Positions 29,587 to 41,678 of a stretch of 64,000 nt of DNA are shown here, in pieces. The notes below the pieces were generated by a model, which was given only the letters and a program-made list of their open reading frames with translations, was not told the DNA's origin and ran no database searches. The position numbers were made by a program, and so were the translations under genes. The first letter of the stretch is position 1. The number at the start of each line of letters is the position of its first letter. The stretch spans positions 62,299 through 126,298 of the forward strand of contig CAZKAO010000001.1 of NCBI GenBank assembly GCA_964550745.1, in the 5' to 3' direction. This DNA is from an uncultured Acetatifactor sp. GTDB taxonomy: Bacteria > Bacillota > Clostridia > Lachnospirales > Lachnospiraceae.

Positions 29587-32442
29587 TTAACCCTTCTCCA
29601 GCATCTTTTTGATATAAATGCCCGTGTAGGAACCGGCTGCCTGCGCTACCTCCTCAGGAGTGCCCTGGGCGATGACCGTACCGCCGCGGTCGCCTCCCTC
29701 CGGTCCCATATCAATAATATAATCCGCGGCCTTGATCACATCCAGATTGTGTTCAATGACAATGACAGTGTTACCGCCGTCCGCCAGCTTGTGCAGGATC
29801 TCCACCAGCTTGTGGACATCCGCAAAATGCAGGCCGGTGGTGGGCTCGTCCAAGATATAGACGGTCTTACCCGTACTGCGCCGGGACAGCTCCGTGGCCA
29901 GCTTGATCCGCTGGGCCTCGCCGCCCGAGAGAGTGGTGGAGGGCTGACCCAGCTTCACATAGGACAGACCCACATCGTACAGGGTCTGTATCTTGTTGCG
30001 TATAGAGGGCACATTTTCAAAGAAAGGCAGTGCTTCCTCCACCGTCATATCCAACACGTCAAAGATGTTCTTCCCTTTATACTTTACATCCAGAGTCTCC
30101 CTATTATAACGTTTGCCGCCGCACACCTCGCAGGGCACATAGACATCCGGCAGGAAGTGCATCTCGATCTTGATGATGCCGTCTCCGCTGCACGCCTCAC
30201 AGCGGCCGCCCTTGACATTAAAACTGAATCGGCCCTTGCTATACCCCTTCGCCTTGGCGTCAGGCGTGGAGGCGAACAGATCCCGGATCATGTCAAACAC
30301 GCCAGTATAGGTCGCCGGATTGGACCGGGGAGTGCGCCCTATAGGGGACTGATCGATATCAATAACCTTGTCCAGCTGTTCGATACCCTCGATGCCCCTG
30401 TGCTTCCCCGGAATCACTCTGGCACGGTTCAGGTCGCGGGACAGATGCTTGTTTAACACCTCGTTGACCAGCGAGCTCTTGCCGGAGCCGGACACGCCGG
30501 TGACGCACGTCATAATGCCCAGAGGAAATGTCACGTCCACATCCTTCAGATTGTTCTCCGCAGCGCCGAGCACCCGGATATAGCCTGTGGGCTTGCGCCG
30601 GACCTTGGGCACCGGAATAGACTGCCTGCCGCTCAGATACTGACCGGTGATGGACTCCTCCACCTGCATAATATCCTGTGCGGTTCCCACCGCCACCACC
30701 TCTCCGCCATGGGAGCCCGCGCCGGGACCGATATCCACGATATAGTCCGCTGCCAGCATGGTGTCCTCGTCATGCTCCACCACAATCAGCGTATTGCCCA
30801 GATCCCGCAGCTGCTTCAGCGTGGCCAGCAGCTTGTCATTGTCCCGCTGGTGCAGGCCGATACTGGGCTCATCCAGAATATAGCACACCCCCACCAGACC
30901 GGAGCCGATCTGCGTGGCCAGGCGGATCCGCTGAGCCTCGCCGCCAGAGAGAGAGGCAGTGCCTCTGGCCAGGGACAGATAGTCCAGCCCCACATCCAGC
31001 AGGAATTTCACTCTTGCGCGGATCTCCTTTAACAGCTGCTTCCCGATCAGCTCCTGCTGAGGCGTCAGCTTCAGATGCATCACAAAGTCATAAAGCCTGA
31101 CAATGGACATGGCTGTCACTTCATAAATATTCTTATCTCCCACGGTCACAGCCAGGGATTCCTGTTTCAGCCGCATTCCCTTACATTCCTTACAGGGGGT
31201 AATTCGCATAAAAGTCTCATACTCCGCCTTGGAGGACTCCGAAGCCGTCTCACGGTAGCGGCGCTCCACATTGCGGACCAGTCCCTCAAAGGCGATGGGA
31301 TATTCGCCCTTGCCCCGCTGTCCCTCATAGTATACCGTAACCTCCTTGCCGCCTGTACCGTGGATCAGGATATCCCTGACCTTTTCCGGGTAGTCCTGAT
31401 AGGGCGTGTCCAGATCGAAATGATACTCCTTGCACAGCGCCTGCAGGATGGCATTGGTAAAACTGCCCTTGGAATTGCAGGACTGCCAGCCCATGACCAC
31501 GATAGCGCCCTCGTTGATGGACAGCCTCTGATTCGGAATCATCAGCTCCTCGTCAAATTCCATCTTATAGCCCAGACCAAAGCAGACCGGACAGGCGCCA
31601 AAGGGATTGTTAAAGGAAAAGCTCCGAGGCTCCACCTCGCTGATGCTGATGCCGCAGTCCGGGCAGGAAAAGCTCTGGGAAAAGCTCATCATCTGCCCGC
31701 CGATCACATCCACCTCCAGCAGCCCTTCCGCCAGCTCCAGCACATTCTCAATGGAATCGGCAAGACGCTTCTGTATCCCCTCTTTCACCACCAGACGGTC
31801 CACCACAATCTCGATATTGTGCTTGATATTTTTTTCCAGGGGAATCTCCTCGGACAGTTCATAGAGATTGCCGTCAACCCTCACCCTGACATAGCCGCTT
31901 CTCTTGGCCCGGTCAAATACCTTCTCATGCATTCCCTTGCGGCCCCGGACCACTGGGGCGAGCAGTTGGATGCGGCTCCCCTCATCCAGTTCCATGATCT
32001 GATCCACCATCTGGTCCACAGTCTGCCTGGCGATGATCCTGCCGCACTTAGGACAATGTGGGATGCCGATTCTGGCATACAGCAGACGGAAATAGTCGTA
32101 AATCTCTGTCACCGTACCTACCGTGGAACGGGGGTTGCGGTTGGTGGATTTCTGATCTATGGAGATGGCCGGCGAAAGTCCGTCGATTCTCTCCACATTG
32201 GGTTTCTCCATCTGTCCTAAGAACATACGGGCATAGGAGGACAGCGACTCCATATACCTGCGCTGCCCCTCCGCATAAATTGTATCAAAAGCCAGGGAGG
32301 ACTTGCCGGAGCCCGACATGCCTGTCAGCACTACGAACTCGTTCCGGGGTATATCCACATCAATATTTTTCAGATTGTGCTCGCTGGCTCCCCTTATCTT
32401 GATGTACTCCTTTTTGGGGAGCATTTTCTTAACCTCTTCCAT
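29587..32442 (-). CDS. uvrA: Excinuclease ABC subunit A
   Basis: Two Walker A motifs ([18 protein letters not shown]), two LSGGEAQRI signatures, Zn fingers. Confidence 0.98.
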   Translation of the reverse strand: MEEVKKMLPKKEYIKIRGASEHNLKNIDVDIPRNEFVVLTGMSGSGKSSLAFDTIYAEGQRRYMESLSSYARMFLGQMEKPNVERIDGLSPAISIDQKSTNRNPRSTVGTVTEIYDYFRLLYARIGIPHCPKCGRIIARQTVDQMVDQIMELDEGSRIQLLAPVVRGRKGMHEKVFDRAKRSGYVRVRVDGNLYELSEEIPLEKNIKHNIEIVVDRLVVKEGIQKRLADSIENVLELAEGLLEVDVIGGQMMSFSQSFSCPDCGISISEVEPRSFSFNNPFGACPVCFGLGYKMEFDEELMIPNQRLSINEGAIVVMGWQSCNSKGSFTNAILQALCKEYHFDLDTPYQDYPEKVRDILIHGTGGKEVTVYYEGQRGKGEYPIAFEGLVRNVERRYRETASESSKAEYETFMRITPCKECKGMRLKQESLAVTVGDKNIYEVTAMSIVRLYDFVMHLKLTPQQELIGKQLLKEIRARVKFLLDVGLDYLSLARGTASLSGGEAQRIRLATQIGSGLVGVCYILDEPSIGLHQRDNDKLLATLKQLRDLGNTLIVVEHDEDTMLAADYIVDIGPGAGSHGGEVVAVGTAQDIMQVEESITGQYLSGRQSIPVPKVRRKPTGYIRVLGAAENNLKDVDVTFPLGIMTCVTGVSGSGKSSLVNEVLNKHLSRDLNRARVIPGKHRGIEGIEQLDKVIDIDQSPIGRTPRSNPATYTGVFDMIRDLFASTPDAKAKGYSKGRFSFNVKGGRCEACSGDGIIKIEMHFLPDVYVPCEVCGGKRYNRETLDVKYKGKNIFDVLDMTVEEALPFFENVPSIRNKIQTLYDVGLSYVKLGQPSTTLSGGEAQRIKLATELSRRSTGKTVYILDEPTTGLHFADVHKLVEILHKLADGGNTVIVIEHNLDVIKAADYIIDMGPEGGDRGGTVIAQGTPEEVAQAAGSYTGIYIKKMLEKG

Positions 32443-32486
32443 ATCTGAACTACCTCGCTTATCTCTTTGTTTAGAAACTGTTCCGT

Positions 32487-34478
32487 TCAATCCTCTTCTT
32501 CCAGCTCATTTAACTTGGCCTTCAGCTCCAGCATCTTGTCACGCAGCTCCGCCGCCGCCTCAAAATTGAGATCCGCCGCCGCCCGCTGCATCTTCTTCTG
32601 GATATCGGCAATCAGCTTCTCCATCTCCTTGCGGCTCATGGATTCAGGATCTTTCTCAAAGCGCACCTCTTCCTCCGCGATCTCTCTGGAGATGCTGATC
32701 AGATCCCTCACCGCCTTCTTGATTGTCTGGGGCGTGATGCCATGGGCCTTGTTATAGGCGGTCTGTATGGCCCGGCGGCGGTTGGTCTCGTCTATGGCCA
32801 CACGCATGGAGTCCGTGATCACATCCGCGTACATGATCACATGCCCATCCGCATTTCGTGCCGCCCGCCCGATAGTCTGAATCAGGGATGTGCCGCTGCG
32901 CAGGAAGCCCTCCTTGTCCGCATCCAGTATGGCCACCAGTGTGATCTCCGGGATGTCCAGACCCTCCCGCAGCAGATTAATTCCCACCAGCACGTCAAAC
33001 ACATCCAGACGCATATCCCGGATAATCTCCGCCCGCTCCAGAGTGTCGATATCTGAGTGGAGATATTTCACTCGAATTCCCACTTCCTTCATATAGTCGG
33101 TGAGATCCTCCGCCATTCTCTTGGTCAGAGTGGTAATCAGCACTTTATTGTGCTTCTCCACCTCCCGGTTGATCTCCCCGATTAGATCGTCCACCTGTCC
33201 CTCCACCGGGCGCACGTCCACCTGCGGGTCCAACAGGCCCGTGGGGCGGATAATCTGCTCCGCCCGCAGCAGTTCATGCTCCTCCTCGTACTTTGCCGGG
33301 GTGGCGGACACAAAGAGAATCTGGTCAATATGGGACTCAAACTCCGTAAAATTCAAAGGCCGGTTGTCCAACGCCGATGGCAGACGGAACCCATAGTCCA
33401 CCAGAGTGGTCTTGCGGGATCTGTCCCCGGCATACATGGCCCCGATCTGCGGAATCGTCATGTGGGACTCATCTATGATAATCAGATAGTCATCCCCAAA
33501 ATAATCCATCAGACATTTGGGCGGCTCTCCCGGCTTCAAACCACTTAGATGCCGGGAATAATTCTCAATGCCAACGCAGAAGCCCGCCTCCCGCAGCATC
33601 TCCACATCAAAATTGGTGCGCTCAGCAATCCGCTGGGCCTCGATCAGCTTGTCCTCTCCCTTGAAAAAACGCACCCGCTCCTCCAGTTCGATCTCGATAT
33701 TGTCGCAGGCCTGCTTGATCTTCTCCGCCGCCACCACATAATGGGAGGCTGGAAAGATGGCAATGTGGTTCAGTGACGCATGTACCTTGCCCGTCAGGGG
33801 CTCCACCTCGGAGATCCGGTCGATCTCATCCCCAAAAAATTCCACCCGGATCAGATAGTCGCCGCCCTGGGCCGGGTAGATCTCCACCACGTCCCCGCGC
33901 ACCCGGAAAGTACCCCTCTGCAGGTCCAGGTCGTTGCGGTCATACTGGATATCCACCAGTTCTCGAAGCACCTGATCCCGGTCCTTGACCATACCCGGCC
34001 GCAGGGACACAATCATCTCCTGGTAGTCATCCGGGCTGCCCAGGCCATAGATACAGGAGACGCTGGCCACCACGATCACGTCCCTGCGCTCAGACAGAGA
34101 AGCGGTGGCGGACAGCCGCAGCTTGTCAATCTCGTCATTGACCGAGGAATCCTTGGCAATATAGGTGTCCGAGGAGGGCACATAGGCCTCCGGCTGATAA
34201 TAGTCATAATATGACACAAAATACTCCACTGCGTTTTCCGGGAAAAACTCCTTGAACTCGCCATAGAGCTGCCCGGCGAGGGTTTTATTGTGGGCGATGA
34301 TAAGCGTGGGCTTGTTCAGCGCCGCAATCACATTGGCCATGGTAAATGTTTTGCCGGAACCGGTGACGCCCAGCAGCGTCTCACACTGATTCCCCTGTTT
34401 AAAGCCCTCCACCAGCGCCTCTATGGCCTGAGGCTGGTCGCCGGTGGGCTGATATTCGCTGTGTAGTTTGAATTCCAT
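32487..34478 (-). CDS. uvrB: Excinuclease ABC subunit B
   Basis: [18 protein letters not shown] beta-hairpin, [14 protein letters not shown]-terminal UVR domain. Confidence 0.98.
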   Translation of the reverse strand: MEFKLHSEYQPTGDQPQAIEALVEGFKQGNQCETLLGVTGSGKTFTMANVIAALNKPTLIIAHNKTLAGQLYGEFKEFFPENAVEYFVSYYDYYQPEAYVPSSDTYIAKDSSVNDEIDKLRLSATASLSERRDVIVVASVSCIYGLGSPDDYQEMIVSLRPGMVKDRDQVLRELVDIQYDRNDLDLQRGTFRVRGDVVEIYPAQGGDYLIRVEFFGDEIDRISEVEPLTGKVHASLNHIAIFPASHYVVAAEKIKQACDNIEIELEERVRFFKGEDKLIEAQRIAERTNFDVEMLREAGFCVGIENYSRHLSGLKPGEPPKCLMDYFGDDYLIIIDESHMTIPQIGAMYAGDRSRKTTLVDYGFRLPSALDNRPLNFTEFESHIDQILFVSATPAKYEEEHELLRAEQIIRPTGLLDPQVDVRPVEGQVDDLIGEINREVEKHNKVLITTLTKRMAEDLTDYMKEVGIRVKYLHSDIDTLERAEIIRDMRLDVFDVLVGINLLREGLDIPEITLVAILDADKEGFLRSGTSLIQTIGRAARNADGHVIMYADVITDSMRVAIDETNRRRAIQTAYNKAHGITPQTIKKAVRDLISISREIAEEEVRFEKDPESMSRKEMEKLIADIQKKMQRAAADLNFEAAAELRDKMLELKAKLNELEEED

Positions 34479-34562
34479 AAGCTCAAACTCACCTCCAAAA
34501 ATTCAACTTTTTGCCAAATAGTATTTCCATTATACAACGCAGCAACGCGAAAGTAATTTTGA

Positions 34563-34590
34563 TTATAGCATACCAAGTTTAATTTGTACA
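34563..34590 (-). promoter_or_regulatory. sigma-A promoter of uvrBA
   Basis: Minus strand TGTACA-17 bp-TATAAT with TG extension. Confidence 0.55.
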
Positions 34591-34598
34591 GTGTTTTC

Positions 34599-34612
34599 AG
34601 AACATTTGTTCT
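34599..34612. promoter_or_regulatory. LexA SOS (Cheo) box
   Basis: AGAAC-ATTT-GTTCT matches Gram-positive GAAC-N4-GTTC, just upstream of the uvrB -35. Confidence 0.85.
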
Positions 34613-34712
34613 TGTTTTTCCAATGTTATTTGTTTCCAGCGGCGACGCATTTTCAAACGCACATGCAATCGGAGGGGTCTATGTACACTGGCATATCAGA
34701 ATTTAAACCAGC

Positions 34713-34755
34713 AAAAAAAGGGAAACGTTATCTGTTCCAAACAGAACGTTTCCCT
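34713..34755 (-). terminator. Intrinsic terminator after the S41 peptidase gene
   Basis: AGGGAAACGTT-(A)TCTGT...ACAGA-ACGTTTCCCT followed on minus by a T7 tract. Confidence 0.75.
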
Positions 34756-34776
34756 CCTTGTGTAAACAGTTCCCGT

Positions 34777-36039
34777 CTAATTCATCATCCCCTGCAACAC
34801 TTCCCTGGCTTTCTCCAGCTGATTGTCATAGCCATTGTCATAGTAGGCCTTGCCGTCAAACGGACATTCCACGTCCGGCTCAATACCGATGCCATGGATG
34901 TTGCGCCCCTTGGGCGTGTAATAGCTGCTGATGGTGATCTTGATAGCAGAGCCATCCTTCAGTGTCATCATCTGCTGTACGATACCCTTCCCAAAGGTAG
35001 TCGTCCCCACCAGAGTTCCCTTCTGATAATCCTGTATAGCGCCGGAGAGAAGCTCCGATGCGCTGGCGCTGTTGCCGTCCACCAGCACCACCAGCGGCAG
35101 TTCAAACTCATTGCTGCCATCGCATCTATATTCCTCCCGATGACCATATTTGTTCTCAGTATAGACCACAAGTCCCTCTGGCAGCAGCATTCTGGCGATA
35201 TCCACCACCGCATTGACGCTTCCTCCCGGATTGCCTCTCAGATCCAGCACAAGCCCCTTCATACCCTTGCTGCGGGATGTCTGAAGAGCCTCCCTGAACT
35301 GTCCCGGCGTCACATCATCAAACTCAATGATACGGATATATGCCATGCCGTCTTCCAGCATCTTCTGCTCCACCGTGGGGATCTCTACCTGTCTGCGCTC
35401 CACGGACACATCCAGATACTCCCCGTCCCGGTAGATGGTTATATTCACGGTGGTTCCCTCTTCCCCTTTGATCAGGCTCACCACTTTATCCAAATCCATA
35501 TCGTAGGTGGATACGCCGTCCACCTCATAGATAATGTCATCCGGGCGCAGCCCCACCTCCTCTGCCGGAGAACCGGGTATGGGACTGTTGATCTTGGGAT
35601 AATTGCGTTCCTTGTCCTGCGCCACATAAGCGCCGATGCCATAGTAAGCGCCTGTGGTCTGCTCCATGAATGTCTCAAAGTCACTTGCATTAAAATAGCT
35701 TGTATAGGGATCTCCCACCGCATCCATGAGTCCCTGATATATTCCGTCCTCCAGATCCTCTCTGGTTATGTCATCTTTATAGTAATAGTGCTCGATCATA
35801 TATTCCAGTGTATCGAGCTTCTCCGCCACCGCCTCGCTGAGCTTATCCTGCTGGGAGGAACTGCCTGCGTTGACCTGCCAGCTGTCCCGCTGCCCGTTCT
35901 CCACCCTCTGTTGGATCTTGAAACCCAGATACGCCACGCACACTACCAGAAGCGTCGTTGCTATTCCAACAATAAGACCTGCGGCAAAATACCCTTTCCC
36001 ACCAGACCTCTGCTTATTCGTCTGCTCATAAATCTCCAT
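34777..36039 (-). CDS. S41 C-terminal processing peptidase (CtpA/Prc)
   Basis: TM, PDZ (GIGA), DLRGNPGG, SASASE, TFGKG. Confidence 0.93.
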   Translation of the reverse strand: MEIYEQTNKQRSGGKGYFAAGLIVGIATTLLVVCVAYLGFKIQQRVENGQRDSWQVNAGSSSQQDKLSEAVAEKLDTLEYMIEHYYYKDDITREDLEDGIYQGLMDAVGDPYTSYFNASDFETFMEQTTGAYYGIGAYVAQDKERNYPKINSPIPGSPAEEVGLRPDDIIYEVDGVSTYDMDLDKVVSLIKGEEGTTVNITIYRDGEYLDVSVERRQVEIPTVEQKMLEDGMAYIRIIEFDDVTPGQFREALQTSRSKGMKGLVLDLRGNPGGSVNAVVDIARMLLPEGLVVYTENKYGHREEYRCDGSNEFELPLVVLVDGNSASASELLSGAIQDYQKGTLVGTTTFGKGIVQQMMTLKDGSAIKITISSYYTPKGRNIHGIGIEPDVECPFDGKAYYDNGYDNQLEKAREVLQGMMN

Positions 36040-36109
36040 ACATACCCCTTCTCTACAATATTGCATCAATCAATATTAAAATGCGAAATAATCATACTTA
36101 ACATACAAG

Positions 36110-37333
36110 CTACGGAGAAATATAGTTCCATGGCGAAACATATTCTCCGTTCAGCCGCACACTGAAATGCAGATGATTGCCGGTTGACCGCCCGGTTGAC
36201 CCTACGGCGGCAATTGTATTGCCTCTGCCTACTATGTCATCTTTCTTCACATATAACTTGGAGGCATGCATATAGATGGTGTAAAGCCCGCCGCCATGAT
36301 CAATCATCACATAGTTACCCATGGTGGAACTGTAATCCGCCGCAACCACGATTCCATCGTATGCCGCATAGATGGCCGTCCCTTTGGGCGATGCCAGATC
36401 CACGCCGTTGTGGAACTGCTGTACAAACAAAGTGGGATGCAATCTCATTCCATAGTCATCCGACACTCTGGTATAGGTAGCCAGTGGGAATTTGAATGTT
36501 CCGCCGTCATAGGTCAGCACTTTGCCGCTGCTGGCAAGAATCCGCTTCTTCTCGTCCTCCACCGCTTTTTCCAGCGAAGCGATCAATTCATTCTGAGCCT
36601 TGAGGTCAGCCTCATACTCTTCAATAGACTGCTCGCCGCTGCTGATGCGCTGATCGTAAGCATTGATCTCCTGCTCCTTCTGCCTCAAGAGCTCCTCCAG
36701 CGCCGCCTGTTCCGACTCCACGCCCGCCTTGGCTTCATCCAAAAACGCCTTATCCTGCTCCAACCGCGCTTTGCAGAGTTCCACATACTCTCTGGTCTGA
36801 ATAAACGATTCCAGCATCTCGTTGTCATATTCTGCGACTTTCTCCATGTAATAGCTTCGGTTCAGAAAATCCGCAAAGCTGCTGGAGCCCATCAGCATAT
36901 CCACAAAATAGTTTTCTCCCGTCTCATAACTGAACCTGATGCGGTCCGACATCGCTTCGTATTGGCTGGCTTCCACCTCCAGAGCATGTTCCAGCTGTTT
37001 CTGCGCCTCCACGATCTCCGCTTCCTTATCGGCTATCTGAATCTTCAGATCTACGATCTTCTGCTCGATCTGAGCCATGTTTTCGTCCAGCTTTACCACA
37101 AAATTTTTGAGATCCTTCTTTTCCTTCTCCAGCTGCTGCACCAGCTTTTTGATATCAGAAAGACTGTTCTTGAGCTGGTCTCTTTCGCTCTGCGCGCTGT
37201 CAATCTGATTCTCCATCTCCTGGATGGAATCCGAGGTAATACTGGACAGGCTGAGTCCTGACGCATGAACGTCTCCAGCCATACACAGCATTGTCAACAA
37301 CACCAGGCATCCTGTAATCTTCCATTTCTTCAT
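36110..37333 (-). CDS. Coiled-coil M23 peptidase (EnvC/CwlO-like FtsEX partner)
   Basis: Signal peptide, long coiled coil, HNGVD, YMH, STGNHLHF. Confidence 0.9.
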   Translation of the reverse strand: MKKWKITGCLVLLTMLCMAGDVHASGLSLSSITSDSIQEMENQIDSAQSERDQLKNSLSDIKKLVQQLEKEKKDLKNFVVKLDENMAQIEQKIVDLKIQIADKEAEIVEAQKQLEHALEVEASQYEAMSDRIRFSYETGENYFVDMLMGSSSFADFLNRSYYMEKVAEYDNEMLESFIQTREYVELCKARLEQDKAFLDEAKAGVESEQAALEELLRQKEQEINAYDQRISSGEQSIEEYEADLKAQNELIASLEKAVEDEKKRILASSGKVLTYDGGTFKFPLATYTRVSDDYGMRLHPTLFVQQFHNGVDLASPKGTAIYAAYDGIVVAADYSSTMGNYVMIDHGGGLYTIYMHASKLYVKKDDIVGRGNTIAAVGSTGRSTGNHLHFSVRLNGEYVSPWNYISP

Positions 37334-37390
37334 ATTAATCCTCATACACATCCGGAGTCTGACCTAAGTCAGATTCCCGCCTTGCAGGCT

Positions 37391-38299
37391 CTATACATGC
37401 AGGTGCTTCCTTACGGTTGAAACACTGCCCACAAAGCCGATACCTATACCCACTCCCAGACATACCGGAATCAGGAAAGCAAAGACAGTCTCCGCAGGCA
37501 GAAACTTCAGCAGATTGCCGAGCATGGAGAATTTCTCCTCAACATAGGTCAGCACACTGTCATAGGTATAATGAACCGCCCACAATGGGATGGCTGCCCC
37601 AATCAGACCAATCAATACACCCTCCAGCACAAAAGGAGCCCGCACAAAGAAATCCGTAGCGCCAATATATTTCATGATATTGATCTCTTCCTTGCGCACA
37701 GAGATACCGATCGTCACCGTGTTGCTGATCAGGAACACGGACACAGCCAACAGCACAGCAATAATAGCCAGGGATACATAACCAATCAGCAGGTTCACGC
37801 CGCTTAATGTGCTGGCGGTCAGCGCCGAATAATTGACCAGCCTGACCCCCTCTATGGAGTACAGATATGTCACCAGAGCGTCCTGCATGGACACATCGCT
37901 CAGATATACGACGTAATTCATATGATGCACCAGCGGATTGGTCGGATAACCCGCGCTGAACTCCTCCCACCGGTCACGAAAATATATCTTTCGGAAGCCT
38001 TCCCACGCCTCCTCTGCGGAAATATAGTTTACCTGCGACACCTCCGCCCGGCTGCTGATCAACCTGCCGATCTCCTCTATCCGGGTGTCTGTGATATCCT
38101 CTTCAAAAAATACGGTGACGCACACATTTTCCTCTGCGTTCCGCACTATATTCTGAAAATTCGCCACAATCGCATAGAACACGCCAAACAGAAAGAGACA
38201 CGCCGCAATCGTAGCAATGGAAGCCAGGGAATACCACTTATTGCGAAACAGATTGCGAAAGCCCTGCTGTATGGTATAAAAAAATGTACTAATCTTCAT
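37391..38299 (-). CDS. ftsX: Cell division permease FtsX
   Basis: 4 TMs, ISNTV, EINIMKYIGATDFFVRAPF. Confidence 0.95.
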   Translation of the reverse strand: MKISTFFYTIQQGFRNLFRNKWYSLASIATIAACLFLFGVFYAIVANFQNIVRNAEENVCVTVFFEEDITDTRIEEIGRLISSRAEVSQVNYISAEEAWEGFRKIYFRDRWEEFSAGYPTNPLVHHMNYVVYLSDVSMQDALVTYLYSIEGVRLVNYSALTASTLSGVNLLIGYVSLAIIAVLLAVSVFLISNTVTIGISVRKEEINIMKYIGATDFFVRAPFVLEGVLIGLIGAAIPLWAVHYTYDSVLTYVEEKFSMLGNLLKFLPAETVFAFLIPVCLGVGIGIGFVGSVSTVRKHLHV

Positions 38300-39035
38300 C
38301 GTCTATATATGCCCCTTCCTCTTCATCGCTGATGATCACGCCCTTTTTCATGGTAACCACACGCTTCTGCATGGCATTGACGATCTCACGGTTATGGGTG
38401 ACCACCACCACAGTGGTGCCGGCCTCGTTGATCTCCTCCAGCAGCTTCATGATTTCCCAGGAATTCTTGGGGTCCAGATTGCCGGTGGGCTCATCCGCCA
38501 GCAGGATGGAAGGGTTATTGATCAATGCCCTTGCCAGGGCCACTCTCTGCTGCTCACCGCCGGAAAGCTGTTTGGTTTTGGCCTTATACTTGCCTGCGAG
38601 TCCGACCGTAGCCAGGATTGTGGGAACATTCCGCCGTATCTCTCTGCTGGGAATTTCCACAATACGCTGGGCAAAAGCCACATTTTCATAGACATTCCTG
38701 TCATTTAACAGGCGGAAGTCCTGGAACACCACGCCCAGATTACGGCGCAGCCTGGGTATCTCTCTGTTGCGAAGTTTCGCCATATCCCGGCCCATCACAT
38801 AGACCTGTCCGGAGGTTGCCACCAGTTCCCTCAGCAGCAGCTTGATCAGCGTAGATTTGCCGGAGCCGCTGTCTCCCACGATAAAAACAAATTCTCCTCT
38901 GTGTATCTTCAGGGAAATTCCATTCAGCGCCGGTGAACCGGTAGAATAGGATTTGCTCACATTGTCCAGGCAGATTACTCCCTGTTCTGCGATAAACCGC
39001 TCCTGCTGCTTTCTTATCTCTTCTCTTCTCCTCAT
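38289..39035 (-). CDS. ftsE: Cell division ATP-binding protein FtsE
   Basis: GDSGSGKST, VFQDFRLL, LSGGEQQR, ADEPTGNLDP; start uncertain. Confidence 0.95.
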   Translation of the reverse strand: MRRREEIRKQQERFIAEQGVICLDNVSKSYSTGSPALNGISLKIHRGEFVFIVGDSGSGKSTLIKLLLRELVATSGQVYVMGRDMAKLRNREIPRLRRNLGVVFQDFRLLNDRNVYENVAFAQRIVEIPSREIRRNVPTILATVGLAGKYKAKTKQLSGGEQQRVALARALINNPSILLADEPTGNLDPKNSWEIMKLLEEINEAGTTVVVVTHNREIVNAMQKRVVTMKKGVIISDEEEGAYIDDED

Positions 39036-39092
39036 GTAATCCTTTCCATGCATATCACAACATATGCTTTATATAACTGTGTCAGTCATGTA

Positions 39093-40178
39093 CTAAAACT
39101 CAAAATTCTCCATATACTTCATATATTTCACCACCATCAGCGCAATCTTGAAGGTGATGGCATCCTCAAACACCCGCAGATCCAGACCCGTACTCTTCTG
39201 CAGCTTATCCAGACGGTATACCAGAGTATTGCGGTGGATAAACAGCTGTCTGGACGTCTCCGAGACATTCAGACTGTTCTCGAAAAACTTGTAGATCGTC
39301 GTCAGAGTCTCCTCATCAAATTCGTCCGGGCTCTTCCCGCCAAAAATCTCCTTGATAAACATTCTGCACAGCGGGATCGGCAGCTGATAGATCAGTCTCC
39401 CTATACCCAGGGCACTGTAGGCGATGATGTCCCTCTCGTCAAAAAATATCCTGCCTACATCCAGAGCCATCTTTGCCTCCTTGTAGGAGCGGCTGACTTC
39501 TTTGATCTCTCTGACTACTGTACCATATGCAATATGTACGCCCTTCAGACCTTCCTTCACCAGAGCATTGTACAGCCCTCTGGCCGCCTTCTCAATCTCC
39601 TTGCCGCTGTCGGAGTCACTCAGATCCTTAACTATGATAACATTGTTTTCGTCCACTGCGGTGATGAAATCCTTACTGGTGCTGCCGAAATATGTCCTTG
39701 TCAGCTCCAACGCATTGTTGTCCTTGCCGTTTTCGGATTCCACAATCATCACCACACGGCATACATCCATCTGTATATGCAGCTTTTTGGCCCGGCTGTA
39801 GATATCCACCAGCAACAGATTATCCAGCAACAGATTCTTGATGAAATTGTCCTTGTCAAAACGCTCCTTGTAGGCCACCAGCAGATTCTGAATCTGGAAA
39901 GCACTCATCTTCCCGATGGTGTACACATCCTCTCCACTGCCGGCAATGACCAACACATATTCCAGCTGCTGCTCGTCATACACCTTGAAAAACTGATAGC
40001 CCTGAACCTCCTGGGAATCCGCCGGGGATTTGGCAAATTCCATGGCGGCTCTGCCGCTGCCCGACATGTCTGCCGTATATGCCACCGGCTTACCGTCCAC
40101 ATCCATCACGCAGATATCGACTCTTGCAATCCCCTTTAACCCTTCTATGGTACTTTGTAAGATCTGATTTGATATCAT
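39093..40178 (-). CDS. PucR/CdaR-family transcriptional regulator
   Basis: C-terminal HTH LNVSETSRQLFIHRNTLVYRLDK. Confidence 0.9.
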   Translation of the reverse strand: MISNQILQSTIEGLKGIARVDICVMDVDGKPVAYTADMSGSGRAAMEFAKSPADSQEVQGYQFFKVYDEQQLEYVLVIAGSGEDVYTIGKMSAFQIQNLLVAYKERFDKDNFIKNLLLDNLLLVDIYSRAKKLHIQMDVCRVVMIVESENGKDNNALELTRTYFGSTSKDFITAVDENNVIIVKDLSDSDSGKEIEKAARGLYNALVKEGLKGVHIAYGTVVREIKEVSRSYKEAKMALDVGRIFFDERDIIAYSALGIGRLIYQLPIPLCRMFIKEIFGGKSPDEFDEETLTTIYKFFENSLNVSETSRQLFIHRNTLVYRLDKLQKSTGLDLRVFEDAITFKIALMVVKYMKYMENFEF

Positions 40179-40353
40179 TTCTCCCTCTTTCCGCAAATTA
40201 CTGCTTTTTTGTGACCCGCAATCCTATTCTTTTCCTGTGCGGTGACTTCTCAATAGGCATTGGTAAAATTGCTGAAAAAACTATTTAATACAAATGTACA
40301 AAAAAATCACAAAAAAAGCAATAGGTTTTTGTGAAAAATTAATGGATATTTAA

Positions 40354-40397
40354 TAAAAAAAAAGGCGGAAGACCCTTTTTACGCGCCTCACCGCCCC
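40354..40397 (-). terminator. Intrinsic terminator after the yjfB-like gene
   Basis: Minus strand GGGGCGG...CCGCC followed by a long T tract. Confidence 0.6.
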
Positions 40398-40423
40398 TAT
40401 AGTCAGTAAAAATTACCAATTCA

Positions 40424-40615
40424 TTACAGACGAATATCAACATTGCCGCCCACAGCCGGGTTCACACTTCGCTCCATGGCCGCCGCATCAATCATCTGTA
40501 CCATGCCTGCGCCCAGATCCTCGCCCATGTCAATCGCCTTGCTCAGCATCTTAATTCCTACTTGGGACTGCACATCCAATGTTGCCATACTCATCGACAA
40601 TCCTGCAATATCCAT
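40424..40615 (-). CDS. YjfB-family protein
   Basis: MDIAGLSMSM...VGIKMLSKAID...MERSVNPAVGGNVDI; SD AGGAGG; upstream TTGGCA-17-TATAAT. Confidence 0.85.
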   Translation of the reverse strand: MDIAGLSMSMATLDVQSQVGIKMLSKAIDMGEDLGAGMVQMIDAAAMERSVNPAVGGNVDIRL

Positions 40616-40748
40616 AATCTCCCCTCCTGTCTGAAATACTGCCACGGCTCTGTCCACATCTTGATCCGTAGAATAATATCTATTTTGCCTCATTATAGCA
40701 CACTGCCGCATATTTGCCAAGGGGAAATCCTGTTTTTCTCAAAAAAGG

Positions 40749-41678
40749 CTATCTCCAGACAATCTGCAGCACAATCACCGCCACGCACATCAGCATGCCC
40801 AGAGCCAGTGGAACGCTCATCAGCCTGCCGCCCTTTGCCCTGCGGCTGCGCCACAGCTGGCGCAGATCCTCCCTGTGGCCCTCCCGTCCGGCAATCCATG
40901 CCAGCACACAGCCTGCCAGGGGTGTACACAGTGTGGCGATCAGCACATACACACAAATGACCAGCAGCAGCTCCTGTCCGCTCAGGCTGCTTTCCGCCGC
41001 CTCCATCAGCTCTTCCATCTCACCGGCCGATATGCCGTCCAGAGCAAACATCAGCACGGTGGAAAGACCGTTCACACAGAAATGCGCAATAAATGCCGGC
41101 AACATACTGCCCGATGCCTCCACCAGCAGAGCCAGCGCCACCCCCATCACAAAGGCATAACATGCCTGATTCAGATTCATATGCATCAGGCCAAAAAGCA
41201 GACTGCTCAGCAGCAGAGCCTTCCATCTGTTCTCCTGCTGCCGGTATCCCTGATAAATCACTCCCCGAAAAGCCAGCTCCTCCGCAAAGGGGCCATACAC
41301 CGCTATTCCCAGCAGCATTCCCCACAGAGGCATATTGGTGATCTGCCCGCTTATACCTGCGACCTCATTGTCTACAAACAGCATCGAGACGGCATTCACC
41401 ACTGTTATCAGCGGCTCCAGCAACAAGGTAAACAGCACCGTCATCAGCGCCGTGGACACATGCACTTTTTTAAGCCTGCAAAAAGAGACAGGATTGTTTC
41501 CAGACAGCAGCAGAAACAGCACTGCCGGAAGCCAGACTGTGATCTCTGACACAATCACGTTCAGCGCCATATTCTCCAGGACAGCGTCCATAAGGGGGGT
41601 GAACGCCGCCAACAGACTCAGCCCCGCATGGGACGCCACGATAATAAAAAACATCCAGTTTGTCTTTTTTACATTCAT
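40749..41678 (-). CDS. CPBP/Abi (CAAX) intramembrane metalloprotease
   Basis: EELAFRG, FGLMH, AHFCVN. Confidence 0.9.
   Translation of the reverse strand: MNVKKTNWMFFIIVASHAGLSLLAAFTPLMDAVLENMALNVIVSEITVWLPAVLFLLLSGNNPVSFCRLKKVHVSTALMTVLFTLLLEPLITVVNAVSMLFVDNEVAGISGQITNMPLWGMLLGIAVYGPFAEELAFRGVIYQGYRQQENRWKALLLSSLLFGLMHMNLNQACYAFVMGVALALLVEASGSMLPAFIAHFCVNGLSTVLMFALDGISAGEMEELMEAAESSLSGQELLLVICVYVLIATLCTPLAGCVLAWIAGREGHREDLRQLWRSRRAKGGRLMSVPLALGMLMCVAVIVLQIVWR

Noticed and set aside
34591-36165. Long plus-strand ORFs (524 aa here; also 17676-19106, 29302-30456, 31075-32220, 36266-37261, 39048-40139, 55162-56286, 60858-61913)
   Set aside because: Antisense shadows of well-recognised minus-strand genes, with no motifs of their own
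34777-40178. PucR-ftsE-ftsX-M23-S41 cluster as a novel system
   Set aside because: Familiar clostridial housekeeping gene order
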